Below are positions 24,103 through 36,652 of a DNA stretch of 64,000 nt, piece by piece. The translations under genes were made by a program, and so were the position numbers. Positions within the stretch are counted from its first letter, which is position 1. The number at the start of each line of letters is the position of its first letter. The notes under the pieces were generated by a model. The model was not told the origin of the DNA, did no database searches, and was given only the letters and a program-made list of their open reading frames with translations. The stretch lies in assembly GCA_030324005.1 (NCBI GenBank), contig JARDVH010000099.1:70845786-70909785 (forward strand). Reading direction: 5' to 3'. Source of the stretch: Negaprion brevirostris (taxonomy: Eukaryota).

Positions 24103-24250
24103 AGAACATAGAAGAAGAAGTAGTGCTTCAGCTCATCAGCTTCCATTCAGTTAAATTATGACTCATTTATATTTAACTGTATTTACCTGACTTGGCTTCA
24201 TACCCCAAACAAAATATCAGTCAACCTCTGTTTTGAAATTTAAATTGACA
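24103..24250 (-). mobile_element. CR1 3' tail fragment
   Basis: AGAACATAGAAGAAGAAGTAG...CCATTCAGTTAAATTATGACT (antisense CR1 tail). Confidence 0.55.
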
Positions 24251-24252
24251 TC

Positions 24253-24847
24253 GGTCAGAATTTAACACTCCCCTTGCTGGGATCTGAGAGGGGGAGGGGA
24301 GCTTAAAATTGCATGGACAGGATTCCTCTGGGATCCCACCTGCCCTGACACAGATGTAATCCTATGATGAGCCAGGCAGGGTCTTCGACAGGAAGCCAGC
24401 CCAAGCCCCTATTAAGGCCCTTAAGTGGCCACTGGCTTTTTTTGGCCAAGCTTCAATTTTTAGACTGGCAGATCCCAATTGGATCAGGTTACCCACGGAA
24501 AAAGTTTTCACCCTTGATCTTGGGCCGAAAGTGTGGGTGGGGGATGCACCTAAATCTGAAGATCCCTTCAGATTTGGAGCACCCTTTCCCTCAGAAACCC
24601 TGGAACTCTGTCCCTCAACACAGAGATTGTCCCTAGAGATCCCCCTGGACATGCCCCTAACCTTGCATCCCCAGATCCTTGGGACTTACCTGAAGTGCAG
24701 TCCTGGGATTTAGGCTCATGGAGGATGCTGCGGTACTGTAACTCTTCCGGTGAGTGCAGCACTGTGCCTAGTGGGGCTGGAGTTCTCCACGGCTGGACTT
24801 CTGCCAAGGAGTGGGTGGAAGTCCCAACTGCTGCTAATCAACACTCA
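24253..24847. mobile_element. GC-rich non-autonomous DNA element, putative Harbinger derivative
   Basis: Starts GGTCAGAATTTAAC (GGGC.GAATTTT-like TIR), contains GGCCCTTAAGTGGCC, and shows an abrupt GC rise. The right end is lost in a gap. Confidence 0.45.
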
Positions 24848-24948
24848 ANNNNNNNNNNNNNNNNNNNNNNNNNNNNNNNNNNNNNNNNNNNNNNNNNNNN
24901 NNNNNNNNNNNNNNNNNNNNNNNNNNNNNNNNNNNNNNNNNNNNNNNN

Positions 24949-25003
24949 GTTGTCAGACTTCTTACTCTGTTTACCCCAGACCAACGCCGGCATCTCCACG
25001 TCA
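24949..25003 (+). mobile_element. PLE pLTR 3' end at a gap edge (same subfamily as 22216-22345)
   Basis: GTTGTCAGACTTCTTACTCTGTTTACCCCAGACCAACGCCGGCATCTCCACGTCA. Confidence 0.85.
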
Positions 25004-25922
25004 TGAACACGACTTGACTCCAGAGTTGTTAGTATACTCTAAGTAGAAACATAGGCCATTCAGCCTCTCGAGTGTTCCCCACCATTGTTAGATCATGGAC
25101 AATCTAAACCTCAACTCCAGATCTTTTTAGCATAAGATCCCTTGATTGTTTTACTGAACAAAACTACTTGCAGATAGAGCCTTTTACTTTTAATCAAAGA
25201 TCCAAGCATGTTTCTTTTTCTGTAGAACAAAATGTATTTAAAAAAGCAACAATATTACAAGTCAGCAATAGCTACAAAAATGTGTCTATCTTTCTCTCCC
25301 ATCCACCTGTGCCCATCTGAGCCCAATCTTTGTCATCACCTTTCTCAGCAGTGCAGAGAGCTAGAAACTCTTCCTTCCCACAAAGTATAAAACACCAAGT
25401 TCTGAATGAACCGTAACTTTGTACAACTACCAGTAAGCAGAAATCATCCCTCCCTACGCCCATCCTGCTAATTCAGAAGGCACTCATTGGTCCATCTTTT
25501 TTTACAATAAAAGTGTTTCCAGTTCACAACCAAATAGCCTGGGAATGGCCTCAAGTACAGGGTTATTCCCTTCCTTCTGTAATGATCACATCACACGGAT
25601 TGAAAACTTTCATTAAATGATAAATATTTTTGTCATTTTCTGTACAAGTTGTTTCCAGTCGCAATATTTTGTGGAGTTAATTTGTAGTTGTTATTCTAAC
25701 TTTATGCACTAAAAAATCAAATTATTCAAAAACTTATCAATTATTTTGTGCTGTTTTTACTGTAGAAAAAGATTTCAGTAGAATTTCACAGAAGCATATT
25801 TTTTAATTGACACTGTGCCAAATGATGATATTAACAATGGCCACCAAAAAATTGGTCAGATGTAAGCTTTAAGCAATCTTAATGGTAAAGAGGAAGGTGG
25901 AAGTGTTTGGGAAGGATATTCC

Positions 25923-26002
25923 AAGGTGTTAGAATCCGTCATCAAGGAGGAAATAGCGAGGCATCTTGAGGGGAATTGCTTGATAGAGCAGACGCAGCAC
26001 GG
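25923..26002 (+). mobile_element. Young CR1 ORF2 fragment at a gap edge
   Basis: KVLESVIKEEIARHLEGNCLIEQTQHG; CpGs are retained. Confidence 0.85.
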
Positions 26003-27294
26003 NNNNNNNNNNNNNNNNNNNNNNNNNNNNNNNNNNNNNNNNNNNNNNNNNNNNNNNNNNNNNNNNNNNAACTTTCAATTAAAATGAGACTATGGTCTCC
26101 TGTCCACTTTTAATCCCATTTGTCATTCTCCAACCAATTGATGGGATTCCTTTGAACCATTTTATCTCTCGCCTGGCAGAACGCCCAGTTTACAGATTTC
26201 TACCTGTAAGCGTAAGATGGTAGAACTATCTAAATTGTAAACGTTGTAGGTGAAAAACTTTACGTTTCAGATGATACCCCCTTTTGAGATTAGTCTTCAA
26301 GCATTTGTCCTTCTACTTCAGTTATCAAAATTTCTAAACAATTATCTTGAAACCTGTGTTAAGCAGAAGCCCTGGTTGTTGCAGTGGATTATATCACTGC
26401 CAAATAATTGGGTGGGAGAGTTGGTGGTTGGGGAATGATTCCATTCGGTTTTCATACAATGGATTCTGGAAATGGTGCAATCATTTGTAGCCTGTTGGTA
26501 TTTTGTAGATGTGTTATAAAAATTTCCAGAGATTTTATGGCTCAGAAATGCACTTTCTTTTGACAGGAGCCAAAATTAACTGGAAAGACTTCTATAGCAC
26601 ATCAAAATTACCCTGGTTGGCCGAAGTGACATCCTCAAATCCAGAATATACTGCATGAAGTAGCAAGACTATTCATTTATTCAAACCATCCCCCACAAGA
26701 CCTGTAATCCATCTTTGACTGAGTCATCCACTAAGGAATGAGTTGGTGTGCTGGCTAAAATGTTTGCTTAAAAATGACTGACTGAATTAATCAATTCAGG
26801 AAGCTGTTAAGATAATTGGGTGCCTGAGCAAACATTCTGTTTATGAATATGTTCTTTAGTTGATGTGCTTGTTAATTGCCATGGTGGTCAGGATGGAAAT
26901 CTTAAATAACATTAACTTTTGGATGTAAAATTTCTGTTCAGCAATGAGTTATTCATAAAGGTCTACCGTCTCAACCATGCCATTCACCTAGAGTGTGGCA
27001 ATCCTCAGGTTAAATCACCACCAGTCGGTCTGTGGGACTGGTGATTTTACCTTTTTACCTTTGCACTTGTGTTAAAAGAAATATTTTCCTTGATAGTGTA
27101 ATTATGCATTCCACCCTGCTCCTCAAACTCTTCATTTTATGAGCTATAGTCACGTATTTACATTTGTGGCTTGGTGTCATATTTTGCCTTATAATGCTTG
27201 GGATGTTTCATTATGCTAAAGATGCTCTATTGATATAAATTGTTGTCTTAGAGAGCAGCAAAAGCAAGCATTGGTACTAAAATTATATAATTAT

Positions 27295-27562
27295 GGCCTC
27301 TTGTGCAGATTGCCTAATTTCCACTTTCATCACCTCAACACTGACTGCCGTGCTTTCATTGGCCTAGATCCTGAGCTCTGAAATTCCCTCCATAAACAAT
27401 CCCACTTCTCCAACCCTGTTCCCTTCTTTAAAAGCTATCTTTTTGACTATGCCTTCAATCAACTGTCATAATATCTTCTTACATGGCCCGATGTCAAACT
27501 TTATTTCCTGTGAAGTACCTTGGGACTTTTTACTACATTATACTAAAGTTCAAGCTGTTGTT
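27295..27562 (+). mobile_element. L2 3' end
   Basis: GGCCTCTTGTGC...CTCTGAAATTCCCTCC...TGTGAAGTACCTTGGGAC...TACATTA...GCTGTTG. Confidence 0.7.
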
Positions 27563-28399
27563 TTTGCTGATGTTAGAAAAGACAGTTTGAGGAAGAGAGC
27601 TGCATGACGGAAGCTGTGAAAGAAAAGCACATGGGAAAATACTGGAAATCGCATGACTAGAAAACTTGTTTTTAAATTCTTCATTAGAAAGATCTGCTGT
27701 AAGTATTGATGCAGTCCTGAAGGTTCCCTGTTGTAATTTTCAAGTGTAATTTAACCATCTACACATACAGCTGCTATTGCCAGAATGAATCTCAACAGGG
27801 TTGATCAACAAAAATAACATGTTATTCTGTCAAACATACCCAAAAAACTGAGAGTTGGGAGCCACACTTTAGAATCGTGGGCTGAAAAAAGTTGGAAATT
27901 AATGGAAAAAGTGGTTCAGAAGGAAAAACACAGGTGATAGTTAATAAAATTTTGAGAAGCACCTGAACCATGAAATAAGTGATTTGGGCCAATATAACGT
28001 TCATTGTAGCACTTGTTGACTAGTGGGTGCATTGTCCTTCCAAGTATGTGAAAGTATGAGTTTTGTCTGTCTTGTATTACTGTCATTCCAATTAGTAGAC
28101 AAACTACTTGAGAGGAAACTGTTTTTTCACAACTCCCTTCTTAAATAAGAACACAATATATTAATCAATAATTTCATTCCATTTATATTTTTCGCCAATC
28201 TTAACCAAAAATGAGGATTAAATTGATGCTAGTTTCTTGAACTTTTACATGATGTTTAGTAATGGTTATTGCAGTTCTGTATTCAAAACAACAGCACTTT
28301 TATTTATAATAGTGCCTTTAATGTGTTGAAACCTCCAAAGTTGCTTCCCAGGAGCATTATAAAACAAAAGATGACTCTGAGCCACATGTGGAGATATTA

Positions 28400-28642
28400 G
28401 CATGAATTTTCCAGATGTTCATGCTGGTGGAATCTCTTAGTCCTCTCGACGGTGCACACCTGCTGTGAGTTTCCAGCAGTTATGGCTGAATTCAATGTAA
28501 AACCTCATTGAAAACAGTGGGGACCAGAAGATCCTGCCACCAACCAACGCTGGGCCGTCTCTGCTACCACGTGCCACCGACCAACACTGAGCCGTCTCTG
28601 CTGCCATGAAACATGTGGTGGGTTGCACAGAAAATCCCACCC
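28400..28642. mobile_element. Putative PIF/Harbinger-type MITE with an internal 34-bp duplication
   Basis: Imperfect TIRs GCATGAATTTTCC...AGAAAATCCCACCC. GCCACC(A/G)ACCAAC(G/A)CTG(G/A)GCCGTCTCTGCT occurs twice. Confidence 0.6.
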
Positions 28643-28699
28643 AAAGCTTCAATAAGAAAATGGTTTTATGGCGCATCTTAAAAGAAAGATATGAGGTGC

Positions 28700-29050
28700 A
28701 GACAGGCTTGATGGGGTAGATGGTAAAATGTTTTCATTTGTGGGACGTTCTTGAACAAGGGGACATAGATACAAGGCAAAGGGCTGTTCATTTAAGACTG
28801 AGGTACATAGAGATTTTTTCTTACAGAGGACGGTAAATGTCTGGAATTCTCCATCCCAAAGGGTGGTGGAGTTTGGATACACTTGAAGTATGGTGGATAA
28901 ATATTACATTGATTGAAGAATAGAGGGCTATGAAAGAAATGGCACAGAAAATTATTTGAGGTTGGCATAGATCAGCCATGATCATATTGAATGACAGGGC
29001 AGGCTTGAAGGACCTGGTGGCCTACTCCTGTTTCAATTTCTTGTATTTTT
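28700..29050 (+). mobile_element. CR1 3' end inserted in L2
   Basis: GLDGVDGKMF..VG..RGHRYK-like sequence and the tail GATCAGCCATGATCATATTGAATG...GGCCTACTCCTG. Confidence 0.85.
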
Positions 29051-30737
29051 GTTGTGTTCAGAGGTGTAGGCAGGATAATCCAGAGCTTGCGGCCTAGTCA
29101 GTTGGAAGTATGACCATCAATAGAGGTGCAGTTAAAACTGGGGATGCACAAGAGGCAAGAATTAGATGAGTGCAGCTGTCATGTAAAGTTGTAAGATCTG
29201 GAAGCGATTTCAGACCAAGGAAGGTGCAAGTCTCTGGAATGATTTGAAAGCAAGAATGAGAAAATAGGCTAGTGAGCATGGAGTTGATAGGGAAACAGAA
29301 CTTTGAATGAGTTAAGACAGGGGCAGCAAAGTTGTGAATGGCTGCAAATTAATAGGAAATCAGCTATGAGTGTACGGTAATAGTTAAGTCTACAGATAAT
29401 GAGGATGCGAAGAGGGCTTCAGTAGCAGATGAGCTCAGACAGGTAGTCTGGCTTGTTCTGACCATAAAATAGTTGATCTTAGTGATGCAGCTGAATTCAG
29501 AATCAAAGTCACATCAAAGTCCCAAACAGACTAACGTTATCTCATTATCATGCAAGGGAGAGAGTTGGAATTTGTAGATAACGACAGGGTTTGAAGTGGG
29601 AATAAAAAACAATGGCTTTATTCTTCCCAGTATTTAATTGGGGGCCATATCTGCTCATCCAAAACTCAACGTCAAATAAGCTGAATGATAAATTAGCAAC
29701 AATGGAGGAGTCCAGCAAGAAGGTGGTGAGGAAGAACTAAATGTCATCAACATACATGTGAAAACCAGCAGTGTGCCATTGGGTGATGTTGCCAAGAGAC
29801 AGGAACAGGAAGAGAAGCTATTGCAAGTGATTATCTGGCTACAATTAGATAGGTAAGTACGGAACCAGGTGAGAGTATTCCCACCCTACTGGATGGTAGT
29901 GGAGAGGTACTGGAGGAGGATAGTGTGATCAAATGTGTCAAGGGTGGCAGACAGCTCAAGAAGGATATAGAAGGAAAGTTTACCTTTGTCACAGTCATTC
30001 AGGATGTCATTTATGCCTTTTGGTAGCTGTTGACAGCTGTAGCTGAAATCTGATTGGAGGGATTCAAATATGGAGCTCAAGGAAACATGATACTGAATTT
30101 GGAATGTNNNNNNNNNNNNNNNNNNNNNGTGGAAAGGAAGGTTGGAGATGGGACTGCACTTAACAAGGACAATGGAATCTAGGGTTAGTTTTTCTGAGGA
30201 ACGGGTGTTATCGGCAGGTTTAAAACAGGGAGGAACAATATCTAATGAGAGAGAGTGAACAATTCACAATATCAGGTAACGTAGGGGCCAAAGGAGAGGT
30301 GATCAGCAGTTTATTAGGAATAAGGTCGAGGGAACAGGAAGTGGGTCTCTGAGAAAGATGCGAGTTAAGGGCTTGGGCGAAGGAGGCATTAAAGAAGATT
30401 TGACAGGGTGGGCTAATGAAGGGAGGGATATGTCAGAGGCAACTGAGCATTTCATCTCAATCTTATTTGTGACTAAGTCCATGGAGGTGAGAGTGGAAGG
30501 GGCAACAAAGGAGAGGGGTTGAAGAAGATGGTTTTCAATAGTAAAGAAGCCAAGAATTATCCAGGATGCAAAGATCTTGGAATAGTGAGCTGTTTTAGCA
30601 TGCATGATCAGGGCCTTGTAGTGTTTTAAGTGGCCCAACCCGATCTGTGATGGATGGTTAAATGAGTTGCCTACCATATTCTTTCAAGTCTGCATCTCTT
30701 GGACTTAAGAAAGCATTGTTGAGGGCCTGTCAGAGTA

Positions 30738-30982
30738 TGACATCTCATTTTAAAGTTGTTACCTCTGACAGTGTAGTGATCTTCAGTGCTGCACCATTCT
30801 TTTATGTCTGCCACAGAGAACAATTGGACCTCCATTTAACATCTCATTTGAGAGTTGGTACCTCTGACAGTGCAGCACTTCCTCAGCGCTGCGCTGTGTC
30901 AACCTAGATTTCGTGTTCAAGCTTGTGGAGATGGGCATGATCCCACAACCTATTGGCCCAAAGGCAACAATGCTACAACTAA
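30738..30982 (-). mobile_element. SacSINE1-like DeuSINE 5' half with a partial internal duplication
   Basis: ACCTCTGACAGTGCAGCACTTCCTCAG...CCTAGATTTCGTGTTCAAG; the segment ACATCTCATTT...CCTCTGACAGTG is repeated at 30740 and 30839. Confidence 0.8.
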
Positions 30983-32371
30983 TAAAACTAATGCTGGAAC
31001 AGCATGTGGCTGTGACCATTAAATTCCTGTATTGATAACAACAATATGATCTTTATTTCATTGGGGACTAGGACATTAAAGATGGAGCTGTGGATGCTTT
31101 TGAGTAAACTAGGTAGTTTCATGTGGATCCGCATATCATCCCTCAACAGTTTCCAACATATGTTTGTGTGTTTCACCTTATCGGATTCATCAGAAGTTTA
31201 TAACATTATGCTGGCAAAATCCATTTTCTTTAGAATATGCCTAGTCTTTTAGTATATGGAAAAATATTGATCAATATTGAGTTTAATTCTCAAATGTCAC
31301 CCCTTAAATTACATTGGACATTGACCTTGCATAGGTTTAGCTGCTGTTGCTGTGTATGTATTTTCACAATGTTGCCTTGATTACCAGCTTTTCTGACTGT
31401 GTATTTCTTTACACAGTTCTGTTCCTTCAGCATCCTTGTCACTATTGCACTGTCAGAGAAAATGTTGATATGTTATGTTCGACAGCTAACGTGATTGAGT
31501 TAGCATATAAAGTAAGAGCTTTGCGCTGAAACAGTGGAAATGAAAAAGAAAGAAGCTGTTGCTTTAGGAGTTTTAGATCTAATAACTGATTTCACAGACC
31601 ATCAGCTGATGAATTTTCACTACAATACTTGTTTTATATCTGATGTCAGTGTCACTGGGGAGTATCAAACATCTCATGTTTTTTTTCTGCAGGAACCTTA
31701 AAAATTTTCTGGCTTGCAGCATGATCCTGTGAGCAAATTCAAAACCTTGCAGCTACTCTAATGATAAATGCAAGCCAGATGAATGACAGAGTGCTCTTGT
31801 TGTGTTTCCACAGATGTGCTTAGCTGATTGCTCCTCCAAGATTTAATTAAACCGACCCACTAAAAGTGTTCAGTGTACAAATGCATGCAAATCATTTTAG
31901 TCTGTAGGAATCGAATTCAGACCAGTAAATACAAAAACTGTTTTTCTGCTTATTGACTATCCACTGAACTGACATGAGATTTAGCCTTGTTCGGTTAAGT
32001 GTGCACAGTGCACTTACAAGTGTTGACTTTGTGAACAATTTGTCATTCACCTAAACAGGAAATTAAAAAAAGCCGAGTTTATCTTATTTTGAAATTCAAC
32101 ACATTGGAAGGAATAAAGCTGGACATGGCTGGTTTAAGCTTCTCTGGCAGATTAGATGTGCATTACTCATGAAAACCTCTGTTGTTACCAAACTAATATT
32201 AATGCCCTTCTCACCTGCAATGTTATGCTGAGTTTTCATCTTGTAAATCTTCAAGTGCAGATTGTTGTTCATTTGATCATAAGCAGAAGTTTGAAGTGTT
32301 CAGCACAAATCATGTCTTTGTTTTTAGAATTAGTGTCTCTGAAAAGCAAATTAAATACTTGTGCACAAAGC

Positions 32372-32711
32372 CATCCATTTCAGTAGTGACTTTCAAGAAC
32401 TCAGGATGTCCCAACTCTTCACAACTTTTTGAAGCTAGTGACTGTTGTAATTTATATGGCAAAGACCCAGTGCAATGATGACTAGATCATCTGTTTTAGT
32501 GAGGTTGATTGAGAGGAAAAATACCTCCAGAGGAGACAGTAGTAGCATGTGATCTTTTATGTCTGCCACAGAGGACAGTTGGACCTCCATTTAACACCTC
32601 ATTTAAGAGGTGGTACCTCTGAAAGTGCAGCACTTCCTCAGTGCTGCACTGTTCTTGTATGTCGACCTAGATTTTGTGTTCAAGCTTGTGGAGTTGAGCA
32701 TGATCCCACAA
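32372..32711 (-). mobile_element. SacSINE1-like DeuSINE
   Basis: Antisense tail (CTCAGGATGTCCCAA, AGATCATCTGTTTTAGTGA) and Deu-domain. Confidence 0.8.
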
Positions 32712-32846
32712 GTCTGTCCAATATCTGCCTGAACATTCCATGCCTGAGTTAGCCTGATCAGTCATCTTCGGACACACGGAAACCAGCCTCAAAATGATTA
32801 ATGGTGTCAAGGTCCTCATCGATGACGTTGGACGGACAACAACATG
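32712..32846 (+). mobile_element. RTE LINE 3' end
   Basis: VCPISA*TFHA*VSLISHLRTH matches the RTE C-terminal C2H2 motif (RIGLISHLRTH). The short UTR GGTCCTCATCGATGACGTTGGACGG ends in ACAACAAC. Confidence 0.75.
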
Positions 32847-34264
32847 ATACTCTGCGCAATGGGTGCAGCTGGCTACCGTACAGTTGCCTTCTGCATTACT
32901 TGGTGGAAGGCATCTGACAAGCTGCAATAATGACTTGGGCTTTGTAACCTTTTTGGAAGTTTTGAATTCATGAAAGATGTTGTATATATCCAAGCTCCTC
33001 TTCAATGTGTGTTTGAGAAGAATGATCCCCAATTCCTTTCATGGTACTGCATTGTAGTACTCTTTCTGGCATCTATTAGAGAGATGAAATCTAATTTGTA
33101 CCAAGGCTATGTTGGTCTTTTATGCCATTTTGGAACCATTGACTAAAATCTTGTTGTACTTGATTGCAAATTGGATAAGTGCATCCAATTTTTTAAAATA
33201 AAAAAAACTCTTCTTTAATGAATACCTGAAGTAGACTGAGGAAACAAGAAGATTATTCGCATGTGAACAGTGAGTAATTACAGAAAGAGAAATGAAAGGT
33301 AGTTTGTCTTAAAGAGCTCATCCTGTTGTGGAACCATCCAGTGCCATGGTATTAATCGTACATTCAAAGTTAGAATCCATTGACATGTTGAAAATTGTAT
33401 GCAAATTTTAGCTTTGTTTTGTGTTTATAGTTAAAACAGTATTGAATCACATACCTTTTGTGAAAGAGCGAAACAACATTTAGTTTTATTGTTGTTAATT
33501 TAAGCTTTGGACTGCCAATAGCTCATTTATATGGACTGTTAGTTTCAGTACTCAGTGATGTGATCTATTGACTTCCAAAGCATAGATTCTTATCTTGTCC
33601 AAAGCACAAACAGCAGTTATTGCAAAACTACTTCCTGTAGTGTTTGCTCAGAGCTTCAGTTAAGTGATAAATACACAAAAGTATCACTGAAGGGAAACAA
33701 ATTGTAACTCATCCTTTAACCACATTGCCTGTTTAGTAGGATATGTCTGCCATCAAGAACTTTCTTTCCAACAATGATGTTTTTGTCATGCATAGTTCAG
33801 CGGTGGAGGTAAATGGATTCTGGGACTATTTCAATCTTTTGTCTAGACATTTTTAACTTATTTTAAAGATGGCTGTTTTTTCATCATTTTGAAAAATATA
33901 ACTACAGGAATAGTGTTAATTAAACATTTTTAAAAAGCATTTAAAAAAACTATATAATTTTGTTTTACATGAAAATGTATAGTCAATTAAAAAGGCAATT
34001 GCAAGACACTGGTTTAAATGGAAAGTGTTATCTTGTATGAATGAACCATATTATTCAAAAACATGGCAGATTCTGCTCTCTGGAATGTTCTCCTTAAACC
34101 CCTGTCTCTCCATTTCCATACAATTTTTTTAATATTTCCTACAAAAAGTATCTGAAGTTCTAGCTCTAGCTTAATATCATTTTCAACCTGAAAATATGAG
34201 CCGCCTTTGCAACCAGACAGCAGATTAATGATAATGGCAAGCAGTGTTTTTTGTGTCATGACTT

Positions 34265-34845
34265 TGAACAATGCTGCTTCCCTTTTGGCTATGCCTTCAG
34301 TTTACTAGACCTAAGCTCTGCAATTCTCTTCCTATTTTCTTCTGCCTTTCTCCCTTACTCTTCTTTTAAGGTATTCTTTAAAACCAACCTGATTTACATA
34401 CTTTTGGTCATCTGCCCCAATATCTCTATGTGACTCTGTGTGAAAGTGTATTTAATAATTGCAGAAATTGCTGGAAATACTCAAACTGAAATGTTAGCTT
34501 TGAGTGTTTTTAAGGCAAGGATAGATAACTTTTTGAACAGTAAAGGAACTAAGGGTTATGGTGAATGAGCGAATAAGTGGAGCTGAGTCCATGAAAAGAT
34601 CAGTCGTGATCTTATTGAATGGCAGAGCAGGCTCAAGGGGCCAGATGGCTTACTCCTGCTCCTAGTTCTTATGTTCTTATGTTTCTCTGTTTTTGCAGAT
34701 ACTATCTGACATGCTGAGTATTTCTAGGATTTGCTGATTTTGTTTCAGATTTGCGTCTTCCATAGTATTTTGCTTTTGTTTAGTAAATGTACTTATGAAG
34801 TACCTAGGGATGTCTTACTGGTTAAAGGTGCTACATAGATATACG
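34265..34845 (+). mobile_element. L2 3' end hosting a pLTR inverted pair (34460-34780), itself split by a CR1 tail
   Basis: GCCTTCAGTTTACTAGACCTAAGCTCTG...GTTAAAGGTGCTACATAGAT; pLTR sequence TGCTGAGTATTTCTAGGATTTG...TTTCAGATTT at 34683-34780. Confidence 0.65.
34500..34682 (+). mobile_element. Young CR1 3' end
   Basis: TTTAAGGCAAGGATAGAT...GATCTTATTGAATGGCAGAGCAGGCTCAAGGGGCCAGATGG...TTCTTATGTTCTTATG. Confidence 0.9.
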
Positions 34846-35097
34846 TGTACAAATCTTCACATCCAGCTAAGTCTGAAATGATTAAAGAGGAATTGTATTG
34901 AGGAATATGCCAAGAGCTATGAGAAGGGAACTACCCTGTGTTTAAAATCTGAAGGGTGGGCAGTGGCAGGTTCTATTTATCATTGCCAAAATATAGCAGG
35001 AGCACAGGAAGTAGACCAGTGTGCCATTTCAAAGATGTCCAGTTTTCGGACATTCTGTTTTTTTGGATAAATGGGATTTTGGACATTCAATTTGTAC
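34846..35097. mobile_element. Possible Tc1/pogo (Tigger-like) MITE relic
   Basis: Ends GTACAAAT...ATTTGTAC (8-bp inverted repeat including TA); subterminal CAGTTTTCGGAC and TTTTGGATAA motifs. Confidence 0.35.
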
Positions 35098-35274
35098 TTT
35101 CTTGATTAGAAGTGGCGACAGGTAATCCTCCTGTACTGCTCACAACCTAACCATTGCGATGTTGCTGAAGTGGTTCAGGAATGATCCGTTCTGTACCTTT
35201 TCTTTAAAAGCTTGCTTGCTGGTTTCTGCAACCACCTTCCAGAGATCTTGTGGTGTGCTGTGTAATTCCAGTAT

Positions 35275-35460
35275 GTGGAAATCATGGGTGAAAATCTGAC
35301 GGTGTCTGTAGGGAGAGAATAGAGCCAACATTTTGAGTCTAGAAGAGTCATCTAGACATGAAACATTGGCTGTATTCTCTCCCCACCTCAGACCTACTGA
35401 GATTTTCCAGCATTTTCTGTTTTTGTTTCAGATTCCAGCATTCACAATGTTTTGCTTTCA
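35275..35460. mobile_element. Inverted pair of PLE-type pLTR fragments (palindrome)
   Basis: GGGAGAGAATAGAGCCAACATTTTGAGTCTAGA, then AGAGTCA, then TCTAGACATGAAACATTGGCTGTATTCTCTCCC; continues CTGAGATTTTCCAGCATTTTCTGTTTTTGTTTCAGATTCCAGC. Confidence 0.8.
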
Positions 35461-36294
35461 CATTATAGATGAAAATTATTGCATGATTATATTTGGGGTG
35501 ATGACATCCAGTTGCAGAGTCATTTGACTTTTTGGCACTGCTCTGGTATTGAATATTCGGATTGCTTGGAAGGCTCCATGTGGGTCTGCATATTGGCATA
35601 CTGACAGATTTCAAATCTCAAGTTGCATTTTATCACATATATAATATTTTATAATAATGAGGATAATTTCTGAAACCAGGGTAGATTTTCAAAAAGGTTT
35701 GGAAGGATTATACAACATTGCTTTGTTTTTGATAATCCAGGCTTATTTTCTGAACAATGACACTGAGACTGTAGTTGAAAGTAATATTTTAGATTTACTG
35801 GCACATATTTAAGTGGATGTTATGAGGCGTAAATAAAATTTGTTCAATGCACTTAACTTTTTTAAATATTATTTTAAAAAGTCTTGATTCTGATATTCAA
35901 GAAGTGAATAGTCTCATGAATGGCAGTTGAAAGGATTAACGTTCGCTTTGTCAGAGAATTTTATAGCTTTCTGTCATCCTTTTATTATTCATACATTTAA
36001 TAAAATTGAGCCTAGGATCCTGTACATGCAAAACTGGTTAGCTGTGCCAAAATCAACATTTGAAACTCTTGACTGTCTTCTTTTTGTTAAGTGAAGACAA
36101 AGATACAATAAAAGCTTCAATCAAAGAATGACCTAACACCCATCTATTATAATTGTTTGGGTCTGATATTTATACTTTTGTCTGGTGCCAAATGTTAACT
36201 GGTTTCAAATGCAGGATGATCAACTGCAAAAGATGATGACTGTCAGTAACTGAGGCGATGGGGGACATTTTACACAGTGAACCTCTTTGGGTGA

Positions 36295-36652
36295 ATGTTC
36301 TTTTTCTGTTTATCTTGTCTCTGTGTCTTTTGTCTACTCACTCTGTATCTTGCCCTGTTTCTCACGTTTGGCTCTCATGCTTTTGCTCACTCTCATGTAT
36401 CTTTCTCCTGACAATTATTCAGTGTCCATTTTATCTTTCCCAATATGCCTCTATATCTTTTATGTATGATTTATTTCTGTTTTCATATATGGGTACCTTG
36501 CACTGATTTCCACTCCCCCATCCACCTCCCCGGCATTTGTCTCTCATCTTCATGTGCTCTCTTAGTCTTTCATGTTTTCTCTCTTTCTTATTTGCCAAAC
36601 TCATTTTTCTCCCATGCTCTTTATTGCTCTCTCTGTCCTGCTGTCATTTTTA
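36295..36652 (+). repeat. Degenerate CT-rich low-complexity tract
   Basis: Strong pyrimidine skew over about 360 bp. Confidence 0.7.

Larger units (their letters stand above)
28288..30725 (-). mobile_element. Long decayed L2 LINE (RT to 3' end) hosting a MITE and a CR1
   Basis: DILNDCDKGKLSFYILLELSATLDTFDHTILLQYLS (L2 LLDLSAAFDTVDH motif) and AKTAHYSKI; antisense L2 tail at 28288-28400. Confidence 0.85.

Noticed and set aside
32667-33032. 121-aa minus-strand ORF with Cys/His residues
   Set aside because: It is largely antisense to an RTE 3' end and overlaps a SINE head; no recognisable domain.
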